Part shown: positions 58,501 through 64,000 of the stretch, in pieces
Numbering within the stretch: the stretch's first letter is position 1
Layout: each line of letters opens with the position of its first letter
NCBI GenBank assembly: GCA_965262725.1
Contig: OZ253555.1
Coordinates: forward strand, 1,088,001 to 1,152,000
DNA: 64,000 bases
From: Dehalococcoidia bacterium
Lineage (GTDB): Bacteria > Chloroflexota > Dehalococcoidia > UBA2979
Direction: 5' to 3'
Program-made: the position numbers and the translations under genes
Notes under the pieces: model-generated
Told to the model about the DNA's origin: nothing
Databases searched by the model: none
What the model saw: the letters and a program-made list of their open reading frames with translations, nothing else

Positions 58501-60192
58501 CAAGGCTCGAAGCCGGGTGAGGGCGGGCAGCTGCCCGGGCACAAGGTGTCGCCGTACATCGCGCAGCTGCGCCACGTCATGCCGGGAACGACCCTGATCT
58601 CACCGCCGCCGCATCATGACATCTACTCGATTGAGGATCTCGCGCAGCTCATCTACGACCTCAAGATCGCGAACCCGCGCGCCCGCGTCTGCGTGAAGCT
58701 CGTGGCGTCCGAGGGGGTCGGCACGATCGCGGCCGGCGTTGCGAAGGGCTACGCCGACGTGATCCAGATCTCCGGCGCCGACGGGGGCACGGGTGCGAGC
58801 CCTCTCTCCTCGATCAAGTACGCGGGGGCGCCGTGGGAGCTCGGTCTGGCCGAGACCCAGCAGGTGCTCGTGATGAACGACCTGCGCGGCAGAGTGATCC
58901 TGCGCGCGGACGGCGGCATGCACACGGGGCGCGATGTCGTGGTCGCGGCCCTGTTCGGCGCGGAGCAGTACGGCTTCGGCACGGCCGCGATGGTGGCGCT
59001 TGGCTGCAAGATGGCGCGCCAGTGTCACCTCAACACCTGCCCGGTAGGCGTCGCGACCCAGCGCGAGGATCTGCGCGAGAAGTACTTTGGCGAGCCGGCG
59101 ATGCTGCACAACTACCTTTCGCACGTGGGCCAGGAGGTGCGCGAGATCCTCGCCTACCTCGGGTACGAGCGGCTCGACGATCTGATCGGCCGAGCCGGCC
59201 TGCTCCGGCAGCGCACAGACCTCGCCCCCGGGCACCGCTACGAGGGCGCGGATCTCTCGCGTGTGATCACGGCGGTCGATCCGGAGGAGAGCCGTCCGCA
59301 CCGCCAGCTCCAGCCTCGGAACGACCGTCCGGGCGACGAACCGCTCGACGACCGCGTGCTCGCCGACATCGGCGACGCGATCGACCGCGGCCAGCAGGCG
59401 GCGCGCTCCTACCCCATTCGCAACACCGATCGCACCGTGGGGGCGCGGATCTCCGGGATGATCGCGCACGAGCGCGGCGACGAGGGCCTCCCTGACGGCA
59501 CCGTCGACCTCACCTTCCACGGCTCCGCTGGGCAGTCCTTCGGCGCCTTCCTGGTGCGCGGGGTGCGCTTGCGGCTCGTTGGCGAGGCAAATGACTACGT
59601 GGGCAAGGGGATGGGGGGCGGCGAGATCACGATCCGCCCGTCCGACGACGCTGGCTTTCCCTCGCACGAGGGCGTGCTGGTGGGAAACACCGTCCTGTAT
59701 GGCGCCACGGGCGGGAACCTCTTCGTCGCCGGCCGGGCCGGGGAGCGCTTCGCGGTGCGTAACTCGGGTGCGCGCGCCGTGGTCGAGGGGATCGGCGACC
59801 ACGGCTGCGAGTACATGACGGACGGCGTCGTCGTCATCCTCGGCACCACCGGGCGGAACTTCGGCGCCGGCATGTCGAACGGCGTCGCCTTTGTCCTCGA
59901 CGAGGCGGGGGATTTTCGCACGCGCGTGAACCCGGAGCTGGTCGGTCTGGAGCAGGTCACCACGCCGGAGGGCTTGGAGCTGCTCGAGGCGCTGATCCAA
60001 CGCCACCTCGAGCTCACGGGCTCCGCGCGCGCCTCCCAGATCCTCCGCGACTGGCGGCACTACCTGCCCCAGTTCTGGCGGGTCGCGCCGAAGTTTGCCG
60101 TCACCGAGGACGGTGCGATGGTGGTGGTCCGGCGTCATCTCCACACGCTGCGGGCCATCCAGCAGGGCACGACCGCCGTCGCGAGGCGCTAG
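55531..60192 (+). CDS. gltB: glutamate synthase large subunit
   Basis: EHDACG (N-terminal Cys after processing), HQRFATNT, HNGEINT, EPWDGPA, SNTGEGGE, QGSKPGEGGQLPG, CxxxRxCHLNTCP, GXGXG domain. Confidence 0.97.
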   Translation: MVAQGRAPVFPERSGGGLSRGASVEEVAAGRLLYHPAHEHDACGTGFIARVDGTRSHRIVELAVEGVVNLTHRGAVSADATSGDGAGVTIQIPFELLVEDAARLGRTLVDRDRLAVAMVFLPHEEADRPSARAILEESLALTGVDVIGWRAVPTNPSVLGGLALDSLPGIEQLLLARPDGLQPGPDFDRALYLARRRAEQRYREEGVDCYVVSLSARTVVYKGLMAAPQLGAFYPDLGDKRTVSALALLHQRFATNTLPNWKLAQPFRMAAHNGEINTLLGNRNWMSAREPELTSALWGEQLSELLPVIWPIGSDTASFDEALELLVHSGRGLLHALMLLIPEAWENMPQMDATLRAFYEYHACLSEPWDGPAAVAVTNGSMVAAVLDRNGLRPARYQVTRDGLVVMASEVGLVDIFPGDIVESGRLGPGQMIAIDTARRRLIHNDEIKREISSRRPYGEWVSRNLHHLPRASGRAGEAREEVARGNGRAPGALDGTYLADADVARLQRLYGYTREELQYVIKPMAVDGKEPTGSMGDDTPPSTLQDDSRLLYTYFRQRFAQVTNPPIDSVREEIVMSLDTYLGRRHSLLEATPEAARLVHLTSPLMTDEEIVALRQVPLADISVTTLHARFLAADGEAGLRRGLEEICSAAVLAVDEGQTVLILSDRLTDEQWAPIPLLLAVSTVHHHLIRERRRMRVSIVAEAGDARDVHHLACLVGFGASAVNPYLAFETLRQMHEQGEFGERPLDETLQRYEQAVDTGILKIMSKMGISAVSSYHGAQIFEALGISNEVVEASFPGTTSRIGGIGFAEIARDACERHEAAYRETNLPHGGWYKYRRDGDYHANEPPVWRQLQKVAQGSGAEGYRDFTQLVYERPPTALRDLLELVPDREPIAIERVEPVHAITQRFQTGAMSLGALSPEAHEDMARGMNMLGGRSNTGEGGEDPQRYLPRGEKRDANSLVKQVASGRFGVTPAYLAAAAELEIKMSQGSKPGEGGQLPGHKVSPYIAQLRHVMPGTTLISPPPHHDIYSIEDLAQLIYDLKIANPRARVCVKLVASEGVGTIAAGVAKGYADVIQISGADGGTGASPLSSIKYAGAPWELGLAETQQVLVMNDLRGRVILRADGGMHTGRDVVVAALFGAEQYGFGTAAMVALGCKMARQCHLNTCPVGVATQREDLREKYFGEPAMLHNYLSHVGQEVREILAYLGYERLDDLIGRAGLLRQRTDLAPGHRYEGADLSRVITAVDPEESRPHRQLQPRNDRPGDEPLDDRVLADIGDAIDRGQQAARSYPIRNTDRTVGARISGMIAHERGDEGLPDGTVDLTFHGSAGQSFGAFLVRGVRLRLVGEANDYVGKGMGGGEITIRPSDDAGFPSHEGVLVGNTVLYGATGGNLFVAGRAGERFAVRNSGARAVVEGIGDHGCEYMTDGVVVILGTTGRNFGAGMSNGVAFVLDEAGDFRTRVNPELVGLEQVTTPEGLELLEALIQRHLELTGSARASQILRDWRHYLPQFWRVAPKFAVTEDGAMVVVRRHLHTLRAIQQGTTAVARR

Positions 60193-60229
60193 CGCCGGGC
60201 GGCTTCCCCGATCCGCGGGTCCGGAGGCG

Positions 60230-63200
60230 CTACTCGTAGCGCAGCGCCTCCGCGACTGGTACGCGCGACGCGGCGCGTGCCGGTGCCAGCGTCATCAGGG
60301 CCGAGGCACCGTAGGCGATCCCCGAGATCAAGAAGATGCGGAGCCACGGGACGCGGAAGGCAACATCGGTTCCTCCGGTGAACGCCGGATCGGTCAGCAG
60401 GTTGTAGGAGAGCGCGGTCCCGAGAACCAGTCCGAGCACGATGCCGGTCAACGCGATGAAGGACGATTCCATGAAGAACGAGAGCGCGACGAGCCTCCGG
60501 GAGTAGCCCAGGGCGCGCAGCATGCCGATCTGCTGGCGCCGCTCGACCACCGTCCGGAAGGCGATCACACCGAGCGCGGCGATCCCCACGATGAGTCCCA
60601 GGCCCATGAAGCCCTCGAACAGCAGCTGGAACTGCGTGGAGGCGCTCGCCTGGTCATCGATCACCTGCTGGATCGATGTGGCCTGAACGCCGCGCTCGAG
60701 GAGCGTCGACTCGATGCTGTCGGCGAGCGCGCGAAGCTCGGCCGTCGAGGGCGTCCCCGAGGCCGCGACGAAGAACGTCTCGGGGATCCGCCCATCGGAG
60801 GAGAATCTCTCGATGCCCGCGTCGTACACGAAGATCCCGCTGAGCTGAGGGAGGATCCCGGAGACCTGAGCCTCCATGAATCCGATGATTCGGAGCTCCA
60901 GCTCGTTCCCGCTCTCGGGATCGATCACCGTCACGCGCACGGGCTCGTAGAGGACGCCCTGGCGGATGGACGCGGAGAGATCGCCGGAGAGGGCGAAGAG
61001 CTCCTCCGCTCCTCCGAAGCCGTCCGTGCCGAGAATAGCATCGTCGGCGATCGCCGTGCCGGGATCGCTGCGCAGCGCCTCACGCACGTCGGCATCGCTG
61101 TCGTAACCCAGCGCGCGGCTCGCCAGCGCGATGTCGGCGACATCCAGGAACTCTCCGTCGATCTCGACGAGGCGATAGAAGCCGTCCTCCAGCGGAGCCG
61201 GCCGGGCCTCCTCTAGGATGCGGAGCGAGAGCGCACGCGTGCGCCCGACGCCAGCCAGCTTCTCGTCGTTGCCGAAGCCACCCTCGGCGAGTGTGCGCCT
61301 CAGGTCGCCGATCGGGTTCGAGGCGTTGCCGTCGACGACGATGTCGAATCCTGCCTTCGCCTCGTTGCTGAAGAAGAGCTGGGAGAAGTTGTAGTTGAGC
61401 GTCGCCATCACCACGAGGCTGAAGACGATGAGCACGAACATGGCAAGCGTCATGCCGGTGCGGAAGCGTGCCGCGAGCGGATAGGCGATTGCCATCTTCA
61501 CGGCCGGGGCGATGCCGCGCAGCACCGTTCCCGCGGCTCCGACCCCCGCGAGGAGCAGCTGTGCGTTGAAGACCACGAGCAGCGTGGAGGAGATCGTGAT
61601 CGCCATCCCCGAGACGAAGAACATCTCGACGTTGCCCTCGATCTCCCGTGGCTCGTCGAGGAAGGGGATCAGGGCGGCGAGCCATCGCACCGGGTCGGTG
61701 TCGGTAGCGGTCACGTCGGCGAAGAGGGAGAACGGTAGCGGGCTCAGCCAGAAGAGCAGCAGCAGCCCCGCCGAGATGGTGAAGGCGACCCGGGTGGCCG
61801 CACCGAAGTAGACGGCGAGCATCGCCGCGGCCAGAAGCAACAGCGTCAGGCCGGCCGTGTACGGGGCGGCCTGTCCCCACACCCAGCCGCCGAGCCAGAG
61901 ACCGACCAGACCTGAGATCAGCATCCAGACCGCCCAACCGCCTGCGTTGCGGTGCCGGGCCGACCAGCCCCGCGTGCGCAGGAGCAGCCAGGTCGTGAGG
62001 GCGAGGAGCGAGAAGAGCAATATCCAGAGCGCCCACAGGAGCCGGCGCCGCCAGCCGCCCCTCGGGAGGAAGCGGTCCCGCGGGACGCTACGCGCCCCCA
62101 GGACAAAGAGCGTCGCCCCAAGGAGCAGGGCGAGCATGCCCAGCCCGTACGTCGCTAGGGCGACAAGGAAGGCGCCGAATCCGATGGCGGCCCACAGGCC
62201 GACGAGCGCGAGCCACGCGAGCACCCAGAGCGCGCCGACCGTGGCACGCGCGAGACCGGCGACGGAACGATCGGCGCCGCGCAGCGGCTGCGGCTCGGGC
62301 AGGTCGCGGATCGCGCGCACGATGTTCAGGTTGGCGGCGCGAATCGACGAGAACGCGATGGTGGCGAAGGTCAGGACGATCCCCAGGGAGAACGCGATCA
62401 CGAAGCCCTGGGGATTGAAGTGGAACGCGATGGAGATGCCGAAGTCGTCGAAGGCGATCCCGAGCAGCCACGTGATGCCGAAGGCCACGGCGACGCCGAG
62501 CAGCGCCCCGACCACCGCGGCGCCGAGGTTGTAGCCGCTCCCCTCGGCGAGGAACATCTCGGTGAGGTGCAGGCGCCTCATCCCGATGGCGCGCGCCATC
62601 CCCATCTCCGAGCGCCTCTCGGCCGCCAGCATCACGAAGATCAGAAAGATCAGCATCACCCCGGCCGCGATTGAGAAGAGACCGAAGAGGAGGAAGAACG
62701 TCACGAAGACCGAGCCGATGAGCTCGGCAATCGCGACGCTCTCCGCCTTGGTGAACGCGATCTCGGCCGGAGCCCCGGTGCGCTCGAGATAGTCATCGAC
62801 GCGGTCTTCGACGGCGCTCGCGGCGTCGAGGGAGCCGCGGGTGCCGCCGAACGCCGAGAGAAGGATGAAGGTCAGCTCGTCGGGCTTACCATCGAGATCG
62901 CGCATCGTGTCGATGTGGCCGATGAGGCCGCCGCCCGTCACGTTGACGCCGATCCCCGTGAGCGACGAGTCCTGCACGATGTCGAGCACGCGAACGGTGT
63001 ACGGCTCGTTGCCGGCGAATAGCTGGAGGCCGGAACCGGGTTCCGCGTTGATCTCCTCGGCGAGCTGCCTTGAGATGAACACGCGATCCCCGGTGAGCGC
63101 TTGCGCACTGACGTAGCCGCCGTCGAGCCTCCGCAGCGCTTGGAATGGATCGATCGTCGCCGGGTCAACGCCGACCACGACGGCCCTCGGCTCCGACAGG

Positions 63201-63640
63201 CGAGCCTCGGAGTTCAGAGCGGGGAGCTCGCGAAGGAAGACTCCCGTGATGGCGTCCACGTCGGGATCAGCAGCGAACTCATCGTGGAGGTCGGCGAGGA
63301 GGTCCGAGGTGATGTAGCCCGACGAGCCCCCCAGGACGCGCTCGCCGTCGTGCGCGACGACGAGGTCGATCTCCTCGAAGGAGTCGTAGACCGCGGATGT
63401 GATCGAATAGCCGACCGTATCGCCGGTGGCGAAGGCCGCGCTGACGATCAGCGTGGAGAGCGTGAGGCCCACGACGATCAGCGTCGTCTGCGCGGGGCGA
63501 CGACCGAGGTTGCGGATGCCCATCCGGAAGAGGATTGGCTGGCGGACCCACACCCAGCCGACGACGGCGAGCGAGAGCCCTAGGAGGATCAGAAGCCCGA
63601 TCAGAATGCTCGTGAGGGGAACGCCGAAGAGGCTATCCAC
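60230..63640 (-). CDS. FtsX-like/MacB-type ABC transporter permease (duplicated architecture)
   Basis: two FtsX signatures ([14 protein letters not shown]; [13 protein letters not shown]), two periplasmic domains, C-terminal PVAEALRYE. Confidence 0.9.
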   Translation of the reverse strand: MDSLFGVPLTSILIGLLILLGLSLAVVGWVWVRQPILFRMGIRNLGRRPAQTTLIVVGLTLSTLIVSAAFATGDTVGYSITSAVYDSFEEIDLVVAHDGERVLGGSSGYITSDLLADLHDEFAADPDVDAITGVFLRELPALNSEARLSEPRAVVVGVDPATIDPFQALRRLDGGYVSAQALTGDRVFISRQLAEEINAEPGSGLQLFAGNEPYTVRVLDIVQDSSLTGIGVNVTGGGLIGHIDTMRDLDGKPDELTFILLSAFGGTRGSLDAASAVEDRVDDYLERTGAPAEIAFTKAESVAIAELIGSVFVTFFLLFGLFSIAAGVMLIFLIFVMLAAERRSEMGMARAIGMRRLHLTEMFLAEGSGYNLGAAVVGALLGVAVAFGITWLLGIAFDDFGISIAFHFNPQGFVIAFSLGIVLTFATIAFSSIRAANLNIVRAIRDLPEPQPLRGADRSVAGLARATVGALWVLAWLALVGLWAAIGFGAFLVALATYGLGMLALLLGATLFVLGARSVPRDRFLPRGGWRRRLLWALWILLFSLLALTTWLLLRTRGWSARHRNAGGWAVWMLISGLVGLWLGGWVWGQAAPYTAGLTLLLLAAAMLAVYFGAATRVAFTISAGLLLLFWLSPLPFSLFADVTATDTDPVRWLAALIPFLDEPREIEGNVEMFFVSGMAITISSTLLVVFNAQLLLAGVGAAGTVLRGIAPAVKMAIAYPLAARFRTGMTLAMFVLIVFSLVVMATLNYNFSQLFFSNEAKAGFDIVVDGNASNPIGDLRRTLAEGGFGNDEKLAGVGRTRALSLRILEEARPAPLEDGFYRLVEIDGEFLDVADIALASRALGYDSDADVREALRSDPGTAIADDAILGTDGFGGAEELFALSGDLSASIRQGVLYEPVRVTVIDPESGNELELRIIGFMEAQVSGILPQLSGIFVYDAGIERFSSDGRIPETFFVAASGTPSTAELRALADSIESTLLERGVQATSIQQVIDDQASASTQFQLLFEGFMGLGLIVGIAALGVIAFRTVVERRQQIGMLRALGYSRRLVALSFFMESSFIALTGIVLGLVLGTALSYNLLTDPAFTGGTDVAFRVPWLRIFLISGIAYGASALMTLAPARAASRVPVAEALRYE

Positions 63641-64000
63641 CGATCGCGACTTCGCTCCGGGTCTCCTCCCGAGTGATGAGACCGTCCTGCATGTGGATCG
63701 TGCGGTGGCAGCGCGCCGCGATGTCCGGGTCGTGCGTGACGATCACGAACGTCTGGTGCCGCTCCCGGTTCAGCTGCTGCATGAGGGACATGATCTCGTT
63801 GGCGTTGGCCGTGTCGAGATCGCCGGTGGGCTCGTCGGCCCACACGATCGCGGGGTGGTTGACCAAGGCCCGCGCGATCGTGACGCGCTGCCGCTGGCCG
63901 CCCGATAGCTGCGCGGGTCGGTGCTCCTGCCACTCGGTCAGCCCGACCCGCGCGAGGGAGGCGAGGGCCCGCTCGCGCGACTCGGCGGCGGGGATGCCGG
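63633..64000 (-). CDS. ABC transporter ATP-binding protein (LolD/MacB type), 5'-truncated by window edge
   Basis: [29 protein letters not shown]. Confidence 0.92.
   Translation of the reverse strand, partial: GIPAAESRERALASLARVGLTEWQEHRPAQLSGGQRQRVTIARALVNHPAIVWADEPTGDLDTANANEIMSLMQQLNRERHQTFVIVTHDPDIAARCHRTIHMQDGLITREETRSEVAIGG

Overview
High-GC bacterial chromosomal window of about 55 tightly packed CDSs. The gene mix suggests Chloroflexota (Dehalococcoidia/SAR202/Tepidiformales-like), but this is inference from paralog types: F420-type LLM and PPOX genes, a Tat solute-binding lipoprotein, paired family III CoA-transferases and an xanthine-dehydrogenase-type Mo-hydroxylase. Housekeeping genes: mfd, pth, iscS, iscU, plsY, dut, nfo, thyX, fabF, cobB, ggt, gltB and a stand-alone nuoI + nuoG-like pair. 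Three insertion sequences are visible, all inserted at YTAG: two complete IS5-family elements and a ~510-bp internally deleted IS481. The top observation is a lipoprotein that the ORF track splits in two (49783-50592): an in-frame TGA forms a thioredoxin-type W-U-P-S-C (UxxC) motif followed by a SECIS-like hairpin. It is therefore a probable selenoprotein, with a 48-bp tandem-repeat stalk, at the end of a tlpA-ggt-PPOX gene run. Other oddities: a MocA-like gene joined in frame across a single TAG to an MBL hydrolase that has no canonical start; an MFS gene apparently starting at CTG; a serine-less alpha/beta hydrolase coupled to fabF; and a NuoG-like protein with a duplicated Cys motif. No rRNA, tRNA or CRISPR array was recognised. 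Starts were refined by eye and no database searches were run.
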